NCBI GenBank assembly: GCA_963709585.1
Contig: CAVPXI010000014.1
Span: 192,001 to 256,000, forward strand
Length of the DNA: 64,000 nucleotides
Direction: 5' to 3'
Source of the DNA: Candidatus Dormiibacterota bacterium
GTDB taxonomy: Bacteria; Chloroflexota; Dormibacteria; Aeolococcales; Aeolococcaceae
The notes under the pieces were generated by a model. The model was not told where the DNA came from. It did not search any database and was given only the letters and a program-made list of their open reading frames with translations. A program made the position numbers and the translations under genes. This document shows, one piece after another, positions 9,173-19,990 of the stretch; the stretch's first letter is position 1, and each line of letters begins with the position of its first letter.

Positions 9173-10849
9173 TCAACTGGCCCATCTCGTGCGGTCGAAG
9201 AACTCGAGGAACCGTTCCACAGTTTGTTGTGCGCCTTCCGGAGTGGCTAAACCCGGAATCTCCGCGATCTCGATACTCGGGTTGATTCGCTGGGCCGCTC
9301 CGAGGAACCGGCTTAGTGGATCCATGGACGACGCCGCGATTAGGGTCCGGGTGGCGAGGTGATGCAATTGCGCGGCAGTTGGGTACGAAAAGGCAGCGCG
9401 ATATGCGATGTGCCAGGTGTCTATGGCGCTCACGATGTCCATGTATGACTGGTGGAGGCTCGCGGCACTCGGAAGATCCCGGCGAAGTGAACCTTGGCCA
9501 GTCTGGCGGTACCACGGCCAGAATAGGCTCATGTCGCGCCGCATATGCCACGCCGATAGCAGGTGAGTGCCGTAAGGCGACGGCGTCATGGGTGCCAATG
9601 AGGTGTAGTTGGCAAGCAGATCGGCAGTCTCGGCCGAGTCAAATAAGGTGATCCCCTCCATACCAAGGGCTCGGACACGGCCAGGGTGGCGGATAGCGAG
9701 TTCCATGCCGATCAACGCCCCCGTATGCGAGCCCCAGACGTCGGCAACGGGGAGACTGAGGCGATCGAGAAGATCAGCCATGGACTCGGCGTAGAACGCG
9801 ATGTCGACGTCATCCGCGGGCGGGGGATCTGAGTGCCCGTTACCGAGCGTATCTGGCGCGATCACGCGCCGCGTTCGGGCGAATGCTTCGATGAGTGGAC
9901 TGTGTGTCCGCGCCGACCCGGGTGACTGATGGAGCATTAGCAGCGGGACACCGCTCTCTCCCGTGAATCGTGTGTGAATTTGACCGAAGGCTCCGTCGAT
10001 GAAGGACGCAGATACTCCGCGACGGGTTTTCGGCAATGATGCGTCCAGACTCCGGGAGACCCTCGGTACCGCATCTATGGAAACCGTGCTGCTCGTGGGC
10101 GCGACGCCTTCCGCGGTATTCTTGTCTTCCACCACGATGCGACCGCGAAGATTCCGCACCACGGGTGCCCAGTCAAAGCGCAAGGCCGCTCCGCCGAATC
10201 CACGCCGTTCGTCTCGGCCGTCAAGCACATCCGCCGCCCTGCGATGCAGAGACCATGGATCCGACATTTCGCGAAGGGTCCGTGCCTTTGCGGTCGTCGC
10301 AAACCAGGGCGAGAACATGCACGCTCTCCGGACGCGGTCCCACGCCTCAACGATGTGCCCACCGTCGATTCGCGGGGTCATGGGCGGAAACATTCCTTCG
10401 AGATAAGCCTCGCCGACGCGACCCTCATGCGCTGGCGGCACATCGCTCAAGATCAGCTTTTCGACCCGCGCATCGGCACGATCCGCGAAGGCGATGCCGA
10501 GAACGCCGCCCAGTCCATAACCGTGCACGATCCCCGTCGGCCAGTCCACGGCCCGCTCTACGCTGATCAGCCACTCAACGTAGGCATGAATTGATCCGTC
10601 TGCATTCGTGAGCGGGCTGCTCAGACCGTGCCCGGGCAGATCCGGCGCGAGTATCGAGTACGACTGCCCGAGATCGTTGATCTCGGGCAGCATGTTCGCT
10701 GAGGATCCCGGAACATCGTGTAGCAAGAGCAAAGGCGGACCCGATCCCGCCGACCTCACGTGCACCTGGAGACCATCGACATCGAGGATGCGTCGGCGAA
10801 TGAAGATCGTCGCCTGGCCGCGGCCCCGCGACCGCGCCAGCTCCGTCAC
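9173..10849 (-). CDS. Tandem two-domain alpha/beta-hydrolase-fold protein with non-canonical nucleophile elbows
   Basis: Domain 1 LLLLHDVPGSS, APDLPGHGLS, HGYGLGG; domain 2 LMLHQSPGS, APDTLGNGHS, WGSHTGA. Confidence 0.85.
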   Translation of the reverse strand: MTELARSRGRGQATIFIRRRILDVDGLQVHVRSAGSGPPLLLLHDVPGSSANMLPEINDLGQSYSILAPDLPGHGLSSPLTNADGSIHAYVEWLISVERAVDWPTGIVHGYGLGGVLGIAFADRADARVEKLILSDVPPAHEGRVGEAYLEGMFPPMTPRIDGGHIVEAWDRVRRACMFSPWFATTAKARTLREMSDPWSLHRRAADVLDGRDERRGFGGAALRFDWAPVVRNLRGRIVVEDKNTAEGVAPTSSTVSIDAVPRVSRSLDASLPKTRRGVSASFIDGAFGQIHTRFTGESGVPLLMLHQSPGSARTHSPLIEAFARTRRVIAPDTLGNGHSDPPPADDVDIAFYAESMADLLDRLSLPVADVWGSHTGALIGMELAIRHPGRVRALGMEGITLFDSAETADLLANYTSLAPMTPSPYGTHLLSAWHMRRDMSLFWPWYRQTGQGSLRRDLPSAASLHQSYMDIVSAIDTWHIAYRAAFSYPTAAQLHHLATRTLIAASSMDPLSRFLGAAQRINPSIEIAEIPGLATPEGAQQTVERFLEFFDRTRWAS

Positions 10850-11682
10850 GGAGTCGCCTCGACTGAGAGTTCTCCGTCGGCCGCATCCGGGGGCGCGGGT
10901 TGCAATCGCTCTCTAGGATCGACGGAGAGGCGGGCCGACATCAGCCGTTTCGTGTAGGGATGTTGCGGCGCTCGGATAACGGTGGTGGTCGCGCCCGCCT
11001 CCACGACGCGGCCTTGATAGAGAACCGCTACTTCTCCACTTAGGTATTCGACTGTGCTGATGTCGTGCGAGATGAAGCAGTAAGTCAATCCGAGCCGAGC
11101 TCGTAGGGTCTGGAGCAGGCTGAGAATTCCAGCGCGCATGGAGACATCGAGCGACGATGTCGGCTCATCCAAAACGATGAAGTCCGGCTGGGTGATGATC
11201 GCGCGTGCGATGCCGACGCGCTGCTGCTCTCCGCCGCTCAGTTGGACCGGGAAGCGCCTACGGAGCCGGTCGGCTACCCCGACGGTCTCGAACACCTCGG
11301 CAACCCGCCCTTCGCGCGCTTTGCGGGTCAGCGTGGGCTCGTGGATCTCAAGGGGTTCGGCGACAATGTCGCAGACTCTCATGCGTGGGTTGAGCGACTC
11401 GAACGGCTCCTGGAAGACTACCTGCATCCGCGATCGAAGTCGCCGTAGTTGTTTCTCAGACATCGCCGTGATCTCGTCATCCGCGAACCGGACGCTACCG
11501 CTGTCGGCCCGCAGCAAACCCAGCATCAGACGACCAAGGGTTGTCTTTCCCGATCCACTCTCTCCGATGACAGCCATAGTCGTAGCGGGTTCGATCGTAA
11601 GCGACACCGAATCGACCGCGACGATAGTCGAACCACCATGTTTGAATGTCTTCACTAGGTCTCGGATCTCGATCAGCGCCAT
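10846..11682 (-). CDS. Oligopeptide/nickel/opine-type ABC transporter ATPase (OppF/DppF-like)
   Basis: GESGSGKT, LSGGEQQR, VLDEPT, ISHD, PQHPYT. Confidence 0.95.
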   Translation of the reverse strand: MALIEIRDLVKTFKHGGSTIVAVDSVSLTIEPATTMAVIGESGSGKTTLGRLMLGLLRADSGSVRFADDEITAMSEKQLRRLRSRMQVVFQEPFESLNPRMRVCDIVAEPLEIHEPTLTRKAREGRVAEVFETVGVADRLRRRFPVQLSGGEQQRVGIARAIITQPDFIVLDEPTSSLDVSMRAGILSLLQTLRARLGLTYCFISHDISTVEYLSGEVAVLYQGRVVEAGATTTVIRAPQHPYTKRLMSARLSVDPRERLQPAPPDAADGELSVEATP

Positions 11683-12656
11683 GTCGGCTCACCCTGGATC
11701 GGGTAGTGGCACGCGACCCGCTGCGTGGTGTCGATTGCTTCGAGAGGCGGTTCCGTGGCACACACTTCGGTTGCACGCTCGCAGCGGTCGCGGAACGGGC
11801 AACCAGGCATTGGATCGAGGGGGTTCGGCGCTCTTCCCGGAATGGAGTAGAGCGGTTTGCCAGGACGTGGGACAGACCGCAGCAGTGCTCCTGTATAAGG
11901 ATGCGCGGGGCAGGTGAGGACCGTCCTAACGTCTCCCAACTCCATGACCTTGCCGCCGTACAACACGGTCACGGTGTCGCAGTACTGGGCAACGACACCG
12001 AGGTCATAAGTCACCAAGATCATTCCTGCGTTCTCGCTCCTCGCGCGCCCAAGAATCAACTCGAGAATCTGACGTTGCAAGGTAAGGTCGAGTGCGGTAG
12101 TCGGTTCATCCGCGATGACCAGATCGGGGCCCAGGAGAAAGGCCATGGCGATAACGACGCGTTGAGCCATCCCTCCACTCAGTTCATGCGCATGGCCCGA
12201 GAGAACCCGATCGGGTTCCCTGAGCCCCACCAACTCCAGCATCGAGGCGGATCGGACCCGATCCTCGTGTCGCGATGTCGACACTCCGTGAGCTCGCAAG
12301 ATCATTCGGAACTGCTGCTCTATTGTCAGAATCGGATGCAGGGCACCCATACTGTTCTGTCCGACGTAGCCGATCCGTGACCCTCGTACACGTCGTAGCT
12401 GTTGGCGTGGAATAGTTAGCAGATCGCCTTTGTCGGCGAAAATTGCTGTGCCATTGATGACCCTCGCGGCACTGCCCGAGAGCCCAAGAATCGTTCGCGC
12501 CACGGTGGACTTGCCGCTTCCAAACTCGCCGACCAGCCCTCGGATCTCTGCATTCGCAAGCTCCATATCGACGCCACGAACCGCCGGGAGGTGGCCAAGG
12601 CGGGTCGCGTAGCTCACCTCGAGACCAGTGACCCTGAGCAAACACGTTTCAGTCAT
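11673..12656 (-). CDS. Oligopeptide/nickel/opine-type ABC transporter ATPase (OppD/DppD-like)
   Basis: GEFGSGKS, LSGGMAQR, IADEPTTALD, HPYT, C-terminal GCPF..RC...C...ACH; start placed at ATG overlapping the permease stop. Confidence 0.92.
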   Translation of the reverse strand: MTETCLLRVTGLEVSYATRLGHLPAVRGVDMELANAEIRGLVGEFGSGKSTVARTILGLSGSAARVINGTAIFADKGDLLTIPRQQLRRVRGSRIGYVGQNSMGALHPILTIEQQFRMILRAHGVSTSRHEDRVRSASMLELVGLREPDRVLSGHAHELSGGMAQRVVIAMAFLLGPDLVIADEPTTALDLTLQRQILELILGRARSENAGMILVTYDLGVVAQYCDTVTVLYGGKVMELGDVRTVLTCPAHPYTGALLRSVPRPGKPLYSIPGRAPNPLDPMPGCPFRDRCERATEVCATEPPLEAIDTTQRVACHYPIQGEPTWR

Positions 12657-13507
12657 AGGGAGGTACGAATCTGGTCCAACTCGACCAACGTGTCTGCGAT
12701 CACATTGAAGGAAAGCACTGAGACGCATATCGCAGCTCCGGGGAATACGACGAGCCACCACTGCCCGGCGATCAAACCGTTAGCTCCAGATTGGATCATC
12801 TGCCCCCAGCTGGGAGTCGGTGGTTGCACTCCGATTCCCAGAAAGCTCAACGAGGCAATGGCCACAATGGATAAGGCAAGGATCAATGACGTTTGTGCCA
12901 GGATCAGTTCGCGGAGGTTCGGGAGAAGGTGCCGTCGCATTACACGGTAGGGTGACGCTCCGGTCGCCCGAGCTGCTTCGATGAACCGCAACTCACGCAA
13001 CGTGAGGACATGACTCCTGACGAGACGGATGTACAGTGGAGCACCGAAGATCGCGATCGCGATCACCACCATGTACAGCTGATTCCCGCTCAATCCGACG
13101 AGGGCGAGGATGAGCACCAACAAGGGAAGCGACTGGAATCCATCCAGGACTCGCATGGCGCGCTCGCCCCATCGCCGAGATACGCTGAAAAGGATGCCGA
13201 GCGGGACGCCGATGAACATCGCCACAGCCGTACCACCCATTGCGAGCGGGAGGTCAGTGCGCGCTGCACGAATCGTCCTTGAGAAGATGTCCGCGCCGAC
13301 CTCGTCTGTCCCAAACCAGAACGCACGGCTAGGAGGCTGTAGAACCGCTATCGCGTCCGTTAAGTCTGGGTTGTGCGGAAGCGGCAACACAAATGCCGCC
13401 AGGAGCAGAATCACAATGATTGCGGCCGCAATACCAAGCTGAATCCGCAACCGGAGAGCGCCCCGACCCCGCTTCGCGGTTCTCCGACGATCAGCGACGC
13501 TGAGCAT
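12653..13507 (-). CDS. ABC transporter permease (OppC/DppC-like)
   Basis: FGTDEVG, FIEAARATGA (EAA loop), HLLPN, SLSFLGIG..PPTPSWG. Confidence 0.95.
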   Translation of the reverse strand: MLSVADRRRTAKRGRGALRLRIQLGIAAAIIVILLLAAFVLPLPHNPDLTDAIAVLQPPSRAFWFGTDEVGADIFSRTIRAARTDLPLAMGGTAVAMFIGVPLGILFSVSRRWGERAMRVLDGFQSLPLLVLILALVGLSGNQLYMVVIAIAIFGAPLYIRLVRSHVLTLRELRFIEAARATGASPYRVMRRHLLPNLRELILAQTSLILALSIVAIASLSFLGIGVQPPTPSWGQMIQSGANGLIAGQWWLVVFPGAAICVSVLSFNVIADTLVELDQIRTSL

Positions 13508-14630
13508 TGAAGGTGATTCTGGGGTCCAGGCGCGCTGACAAAAGATCCAGGGCGAAGAAAAGGACCAGCGTCACCGAGCCGCTCAACAGGACAAACCCTT
13601 GCACTGCAGGGATGTCAAGACGCTGGATGGATTGCACTGCGTATTGACCCACCCCGTTCCACGAGAACACGATTTCGACGATCGCATCACCGCCGATCAG
13701 CCCGGCGAGAATGATCGCGCCATAGGTGAGGAGAGAGGTGCGACCGACCAGCAGGGCATTGCGGACGAGGCGCCACTCCGACAGCCCGCAGGCCCGACCA
13801 AACCGCACATATTCCGAGGCGAGTGCGGATCCGAGGACGGCACGAGTGGTCCGTCCGAAGGCGACCGAGTAGACGATACCGAGGGTAACGACTGGGAGGA
13901 TCTCCTGCTTGATTGCATCGATGAGCGTGCCCCATTGACCGGCGAGGATCGTGTCGACGAGGATCGATCCGGTCACATGCGGCGGTGCGGTGTCTGCCAG
14001 TGGAAGCGTCCCTGATGGACCGGGAGCGACGTGAAGCACGGTGAACAGCACCACGATCAAAAGAAGGGCCAGGAGAAAGTCCGGCACTGACTGGATAAGT
14101 GTCAGCAGAAACCTCGTCAGGGTGTCAACCGGCCTCCGAGCATAATAGGCACCGAGCGTTCCGAGTGCGAGACCCAGCACCAGGGCGAGGAGAAGCGCCG
14201 GCACGATCAGGTCGAGGGTGGCTGGCAGGCGGCTCCCTAGCTCCTCGGCGACCGGTAATCCCGAGAAGAACGATGTCCCCAGGTCGCCGTGCACCACGCC
14301 TCCGATGTAGGTGAGATAGCGAGTGCCAATCGGTTGGTCGAGGCCCAATCGGTGATTCGTGGCGGCGATCTGCTGGGCCGATGCCTCCGGCCCGTCGAGA
14401 CTTTGAGCGATGTCGCCGGGGGTCACCGTCACCAGCGCGAAGGACAGCGTGACGATGGCGAGGATGCTGATCGGGAAGACGAGGATCCTTGTGAAGAAAA
14501 ATCGCTGCGCTCCGCTCATGCGCGGACGACGGGTCATGCCACCCGGTGTGTCCGCTGCGGCAGTGCGCACGGGTCCGAGCTCGGGTTGCACGGGCAGCGC
14601 TACGTTGGCGGGCTCGTCGTCTGCAGGCAC
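13491..14630 (-). CDS. ABC transporter permease (OppB/DppB-like)
   Basis: PGD, LGLDQP..RY, GDLGTS, RLPATLDL, IVEIVFSWNGVG; exact start uncertain. Confidence 0.93.
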   Translation of the reverse strand: MPADDEPANVALPVQPELGPVRTAAADTPGGMTRRPRMSGAQRFFFTRILVFPISILAIVTLSFALVTVTPGDIAQSLDGPEASAQQIAATNHRLGLDQPIGTRYLTYIGGVVHGDLGTSFFSGLPVAEELGSRLPATLDLIVPALLLALVLGLALGTLGAYYARRPVDTLTRFLLTLIQSVPDFLLALLLIVVLFTVLHVAPGPSGTLPLADTAPPHVTGSILVDTILAGQWGTLIDAIKQEILPVVTLGIVYSVAFGRTTRAVLGSALASEYVRFGRACGLSEWRLVRNALLVGRTSLLTYGAIILAGLIGGDAIVEIVFSWNGVGQYAVQSIQRLDIPAVQGFVLLSGSVTLVLFFALDLLSARLDPRITFNAQRR

Positions 14631-14656
14631 CTAGCCATCCTATCGCTGACGGAACA

Positions 14657-14690
14657 AGGCAGCTCTCCGTGCGAACCAGGAGAGCTGCCT
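14657..14690 (-). terminator. 12-bp perfect stem-loop between the binding-protein and permease genes (attenuator or mRNA-stabilising hairpin)
   Basis: AGGCAGCTCTCC-N10-GGAGAGCTGCCT, followed by TGTT on the minus strand. Confidence 0.6.
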
Positions 14691-14771
14691 CACGATGTCG
14701 TTGGCCGGTCAGGAGATCTCAGGACGAGACGCTTCTTGCTCCACGTCCGAACCCGTTCCGGATCACCCGCC

Positions 14772-16392
14772 TCACGAAGTGAAGCTCATGTCGTCGAACC
14801 GTGGTGCCAGGTTCGGGTAGTCGAAGATGCCCGTAACATTCTTCGTCGTGATGTTGATAGTCGGTTGCTCAACCATCAGTATCTCGTTGACATCTGCCAC
14901 CGCAAGGTTGCAGGCGGTCAAGAGAGCCGCATCACTTGTGGCTCCAATCGTGCTCATCGCGGTCAAGATGCTCGAGTTCGAAGGCGGGATCCGAATAGAA
15001 TCCGTAGTTCGCTGGTGACTTGCTATAGAAGAAGCCGTCCAGGTAGTACCCAGCGCTGGCCACGAACGGGCTCTGGACCTCAAGCGCCAATGGCTGGTTG
15101 CCTTTGAGGAGAGCGTTAAGGTATGCCGTGAAGGTCGGGTAGCTATTGATCTTCACCGTGATGCCGACCTTGGAAAGTTGATCCTGAACGAAGAGCGATT
15201 GCTGATCCATGCCGTTGTCCAGGGACGGAGTGTAGATGAGAGTGGTTGAGAATCCATTCGGATACCCAGCCTGAGCGAGAAGAGACTTTGCAGCGGCATC
15301 GTTGGCGGTGAGGTTCGTGTTGTTGGTGAACCCCGGCACAGGAGTCGAGTTCGGTCCACAACCCGTCGGCACCTCACCGCCGCCTGGAAAGACAGCCTGC
15401 GCGATGGCTTGTCGATCGAGTGCCATTAGAACGGCCTGCCGCACCTTCACATTATTGAATGGAGCCGCCTTGAAGTTGGGAACCAACCGAGTGAACACGG
15501 GAGCATTGATGAGCCACGGCGTAATACTCGCGTTGGTCTTCAAGCTCGGGTAGTCGATTTGCGGGACTTGCCAAGCGTAGTTGGCTTGATTGCCCTCCAC
15601 GAGTTGAATGCGACTGGCACCGTCCGTGACCTGGCGCCAGACAACCTTCTTGATGGTTGGCGCGCCACGGAAGTAGCTCGGGTTCGCGACTAGGGTGATC
15701 TGGTCGTTTGGTGTGAAGCTCTGGACTTTGTAGGGGCCGTACGACGCCACGTTCGTAGTGAGCCATGTGCGCCCCCATGGATCCGACGTGGTGGCGTGCG
15801 CCTTGACAGTCGTGGAATCCAGAATGCCCAGGTACGGTTGGTCCAGGATGGACAGCGCTATCGGGCTTGGGGCTGTCAGATTGTATGTGAATTCTTTTGG
15901 ACTAATAATCGTGATCGGATTCTTGAGATTGACATTGGCGAGGATGAACAGAAGATTCCCGACGCCGCCCGCCGCGACCGAGCGCTGGAAACTCCATTGA
16001 ACGTCGGCGGACGTCAACGGGACGCCGGCGAAGCTCTTGATTCCGGAGCGGAGAATCATGTCGTAACTCTTCTGATCGGCCGACAGCGTGTAACTCGCCA
16101 CGAGCTCAGGCTTGAGGTTCGTCCCGAAGGTCAGCTCGTGATTCGGCTGCGCACCCGACGGATTCAGCGAAAAGAGATGCGCGACGATATTTTCCGTGAT
16201 AGGGAAGCTCTGCTGAGCGGCATTGAAGTCCGGCGGATCCGGGTCGAGGTTTCCCGGAGCGAACGCAGTGACTGCGGTCAGGGTGGTAGGGCCCGCCGCC
16301 GGCGTCGAGCTGCTGCCGCACGCCGATGCGACGAGGCCAAGCCCGAGGACCCCTACGCAAGCCACCGCCGGACGGACTCTGCTCCGATTCAT
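14772..16392 (-). CDS. ABC substrate-binding lipoprotein, family 5 (one +1 frameshift at 14974-14979, probably a sequencing artefact)
   Basis: Lipobox LVASAC; GPYKV, ANPSYF, PFNNVKVRQAV, AKSLLAQAGYPNGF; removing one base from GAGTTC joins ORFs 14932-16392 and 14772-15083 (DPAFDSSILTAM). Confidence 0.9.
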
Positions 16393-16514
16393 GTTTTCCG
16401 AGCTCCTTGTTTCCGCCGCCCGGGGTTACGCGGCTAGTGTCCAAGCTCCGGCCCACCTCGGCCACGCCCCCGGATTCGCGGGAACGAGGCGAGCCTTCGG
16501 TCGTCTCGGCGCGG

Positions 16515-16543
16515 AGTATAAACGTCTGACAATGGGAGTGCAA
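16515..16543 (-). promoter_or_regulatory. Promoter of ABC operon (TTGCAC-N17-TATACT) with operator ATTGTCAGACGTT
   Basis: -35 at 16538-16543, -10 at 16515-16520, operator 16521-16533. Confidence 0.75.
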
Positions 16544-16635
16544 GACATCGACCGTGTGCAGGCCCCCGCAACTCACTGGTTGGTACTCCGCCAATTGCCT
16601 CCCGCGGCTGCCAAAGCGGTGCCGCGACGGCTCTC

Positions 16636-16665
16636 TTGACCCCACCTATGTCTGACATATAACCT
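16636..16665 (+). promoter_or_regulatory. Promoter of cupin/flavoprotein operon (TTGACC-N18-TAACCT) with perfect palindrome TATGTCTGACATA
   Basis: -35 at 16636-16641, operator 16647-16659, -10 at 16660-16665. Confidence 0.75.
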
Positions 16666-16740
16666 ACGTGACCTATGGTTCTCGGCAAGCGCTCGGGCGG
16701 CACTCGCCCTTGTCAGTCTTCGACAGCGTAAGGGGCTGAA

Positions 16741-17592
16741 GTGAGGCCACACGTTGAATGCATCCAGCAGGCTGACCTGATCGAGCACGACGCCGAGCTC
16801 CCCGGCGCGACCGGAGGCGCGTCGCAGCGGAATCTCTCGTACGACGAGGAGGTGGGCGCCGCATCGACGCTCGTGAGGCTTGCGCAAGGATGGCGGCGAC
16901 CCCGCGGCTATCATCACGCCATTACGGAGTGGTTCGTTCTTGACGGGACCATTCTCGTCGACGGCAAGGAACGTGGACCCGGAGCGTACTGGCGGGCGCC
17001 GCGGGGGATGGTGGTTCCGGAGATACGCACCGATGATGGGGCGACCGTGCTCGTCTATCGGGAAGAAGGCGACGGCGGCTTCTCTCTGAGCGATGCTGAT
17101 CGCGCCGGCTCCGAGCATGATTGGACCGACCTCGATTCGAACGCAATGGAATGGCAGCGGGTGACCAAAGCCGGGCCAGCGCCAGGCCTCTTCATCAAGA
17201 TGCTGCACCAGCATCCCGTCACTGGTGCCTACAGTCGCCTGATATGGGCGGCGCCCGGCTGGGTCGACGCTCGCCTGGCTCATCACCCGTGTTCCGAAGA
17301 GGCATACACGATCGGTGGGTCGATGACCTATAACTTTGGCGAGTTGGAAACCGGCGTGTACTTCTACCGTCCACCATGGGTCAAGCACGGCCACTTTCTC
17401 TCCGGTCAGCCGGACGGTTGCACGTGGATCATCCGCAGTGACGGCGAGTTGGAGAATCTCTACACCGACGAGGCACGGATAATCGTTGAGGCGGAGGCGC
17501 TCAACTACGATCCTGACACCGCCTGCCCGATCATCGCCGGGATTCCGGTGCGCTCCCGAACCTTGGGAGAGTGGTCCCGCGACGGGCAGTGA
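16741..17592 (+). CDS. Bicupin protein (DUF4437/ChrR-like cupin)
   Basis: Two cupin motifs: GYHHAITEWFVLDG...GAYWRAP and AHHPCSEEAYTIGG...YFYRPPWVKHG. Confidence 0.75.
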   Translation: MRPHVECIQQADLIEHDAELPGATGGASQRNLSYDEEVGAASTLVRLAQGWRRPRGYHHAITEWFVLDGTILVDGKERGPGAYWRAPRGMVVPEIRTDDGATVLVYREEGDGGFSLSDADRAGSEHDWTDLDSNAMEWQRVTKAGPAPGLFIKMLHQHPVTGAYSRLIWAAPGWVDARLAHHPCSEEAYTIGGSMTYNFGELETGVYFYRPPWVKHGHFLSGQPDGCTWIIRSDGELENLYTDEARIIVEAEALNYDPDTACPIIAGIPVRSRTLGEWSRDGQ

Positions 17593-17625
17593 CGGCGTCC
17601 CCATGGACGCGTCAGGGGTGATGTC

Positions 17626-19051
17626 GTGAGCGACGCGTACGACGTCATCGTGGTTGGGGCCGGAACGGCGGGCATCCCTTGCGCAATCGAGGCGGCGCGC
17701 GGCGGAACTCCAGGTCCTCTTGTTGGAGAAGTCGGCTGACATCGGTGGGACCTTGCACGTCTCCGGCGGTCATATGTCGGCAGCAGGGACGCGCCGGCAG
17801 GCAAGTCATGGCCTCAAGGACAGCGTCGAGTTGCACGTGGCGGATGTCCTCCGGATTTCCGGAGGCACCGCGCCGGTAGAATTCGTGCAACTCGCAGCGT
17901 CCCATGCCGCGGCAACCGTCGACTGGCTGGATGAGAATGGATTCGATTTCAGTCCTGACACGCCCATCACGTACTACGGCCACGACGCGTACGGGGTCGC
18001 TCGCACCTATTACGGAAAGGACGCGGGCCGTTCGATTCTTGCCGTCCTGCGCCGCCTTCTCGATCAGGAGGTTCGCCCGGGAAGGGTGACGCTTCGCCTT
18101 GGTACTCCAGCCGAGGGATTGATCACCGAGGGCAACCGCGTTGTCGGCGTCGTCTGCGGTGACCGCGATTCGCGGGCAAGCGCGGTCGTCCTTGCCAGCG
18201 GAGGGTACGGCTCAAACCCCGAACTCTTCAAGGAGCTTGAAGGCAAGCCGCTGTTCAGTTCCACGGTTGCCGCTGCCACCGGTGACGGACTCCGCCTAGC
18301 ACAGTCGATCGGCGCGTCAGTCGCCCGGACGGGATCGTACCTGCCCACATTCGGTGGGATTCCGGACGAGGCTGGAGATCCTGTGCGCGTTCCTTGGCGA
18401 GAACGCCCCCGGCTGGTGGCCCAGGAGCGCACGCCCTGGGAGATCTACGTCGACCTGCGCGGAAGGCGCTTCATCGCAGAGGACGAGCCGAGCATGGACC
18501 GGAAGGAGCGCGCGCTCCTCGGTCTGGATCGGACCACCTTTTGGATGATCTGCGACGACCGAGCAGTGGACGAATCATCGCCTATGGTCGGAGACTGGTC
18601 TGCCGACTCCCTGCGTCAACGTGCCAACCGTCGTGCCGGCGTCCACAGCGCGCAGACGCTCGCCGCTGTCGCCGCCCTCGCTGGAATCGATCCAGATGGG
18701 CTCATGGCCACGGTGGCCGAATACAACCAGGGGGTCCGAATGCAATCTGACGCACTGGGGCGCCGGCTGCTGATGGCTCCGATCGATCGGCGCCCTTACT
18801 ACGCCATCCGCAACCATGGAACGAGTCTCCTGACTTTCGGTGGCATCGCGGTCGACATCGACCTCCGCGTGCAACGCGCCGACGGCTCGACCATCGATGG
18901 TCTGTTTGCGGCTGGTGAGGTCATCGGCGCGGCGACTCTCATGGGGAACAGCTTCTGCGGCGGAATGTCGGTAACGCCCGCGCTGACCTTTGGGCGCCTC
19001 ATTGGCCAGCGCCTCGCTCGGGCCCAGTCCAAGGCGAGCGATGCCCGATGA
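17626..19051 (+). CDS. FAD-dependent oxidoreductase, fumarate reductase/flavocytochrome c flavin-subunit family (+1 frameshift at 17705-17710)
   Basis: True N-terminus VSDAYDVIVVGAGTAG restored by deleting one A in GAACTC; VVLASGGY, TGDG, GRRFIAE, TFGGI, GLFAAGEVIG, ALTFGR. Confidence 0.88.
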
Positions 19052-19977
19052 CTGAACCCGTCGAGAATCCGACCTTGCGCCCAGACATGGCAGTGATCGG
19101 AGTGGAGCGAGCGGGAGGAGGCATGCGACTTCTGCACGCGCTCGGGTTTGAGACTATCGCCACATTCAACTTGACGGCGGCCGACGTCACGAGTTTGTTT
19201 GGCATTACCACTGCGACGAGCTGTCACCTCGTCGGCATCCGCGGGAGTGCGTCGGGTCGGATCCTCGCCGTCGAAACGCCGCTCCCACCGGCGCGGGAGA
19301 CGGGCTTGAAGGCGCGCGCCGTCGCAGTCGACGTGTTCACTCGGAGGCTGAGCGACGTCGTGACATTGGGCCAAGAATCCGGGGCTCAGCTGGACGGAAC
19401 TGCTGAATACACCCGCGAAGACGGCAAACACTTCGCCATGGCACGGCTAATCACATCCGACGGAGTTCCCCTCGTCGTTATCGAACCGACTGTGCCCCGG
19501 CCGAGCATTCTCGACCTCGCTCCCGACCTTCTTGTCAGCGAGGTGACCGCAACGATGTCGATCGTCGCCGACATTGAGGCGGTGAGACGTGTGTGGACCG
19601 GTGACACCGGTCTTGATGTCGTGCTCGAGTACACGCGCAGCGAACGACAGGTGGGAGAAATGCTCGAGCTGCCGAGGACAGATACCCCACATCACATCGC
19701 GCTCCTCGCGCCACGGGACGAGCCGACCTTCCGATTCGAGGTGGTCGAGTTGCCCGAGGAAACGGTCGAAAACGCATGGAACATCGCTCGGCCGCTGAGC
19801 CAGGGAGCGGTCATCACAGGATTCCGCGCTCCAGACATCATCGGGGCGCTTCGGCGCCTTGGCTCAGCATCAGCACCGGTGGACGCGCCCATCGGGATGA
19901 TTGCCAGTGGCGTGGCGACGGACGGGACCCCATTCTTCCTGCATCAGGATCGCGATAGCGATCGAGTGGCTAACTGA
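19048..19977 (+). CDS. VOC-like hypothetical protein (paralog A)
   Basis: 309 aa, translationally coupled; aligns with the next ORF (RPSILDLAPDLLVSEVTA). Confidence 0.65.
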   Translation: MTEPVENPTLRPDMAVIGVERAGGGMRLLHALGFETIATFNLTAADVTSLFGITTATSCHLVGIRGSASGRILAVETPLPPARETGLKARAVAVDVFTRRLSDVVTLGQESGAQLDGTAEYTREDGKHFAMARLITSDGVPLVVIEPTVPRPSILDLAPDLLVSEVTATMSIVADIEAVRRVWTGDTGLDVVLEYTRSERQVGEMLELPRTDTPHHIALLAPRDEPTFRFEVVELPEETVENAWNIARPLSQGAVITGFRAPDIIGALRRLGSASAPVDAPIGMIASGVATDGTPFFLHQDRDSDRVAN

Positions 19978-19990
19978 GGCTCGCCCGGGG

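Noticed and set aside
11673-12656. Catalytically dead ABC ATPase (H-loop His to Tyr, Walker A Ser to Phe)
   Set aside because: Both changes are single G>A calls at GASTC sites and are probably base-calling errors.
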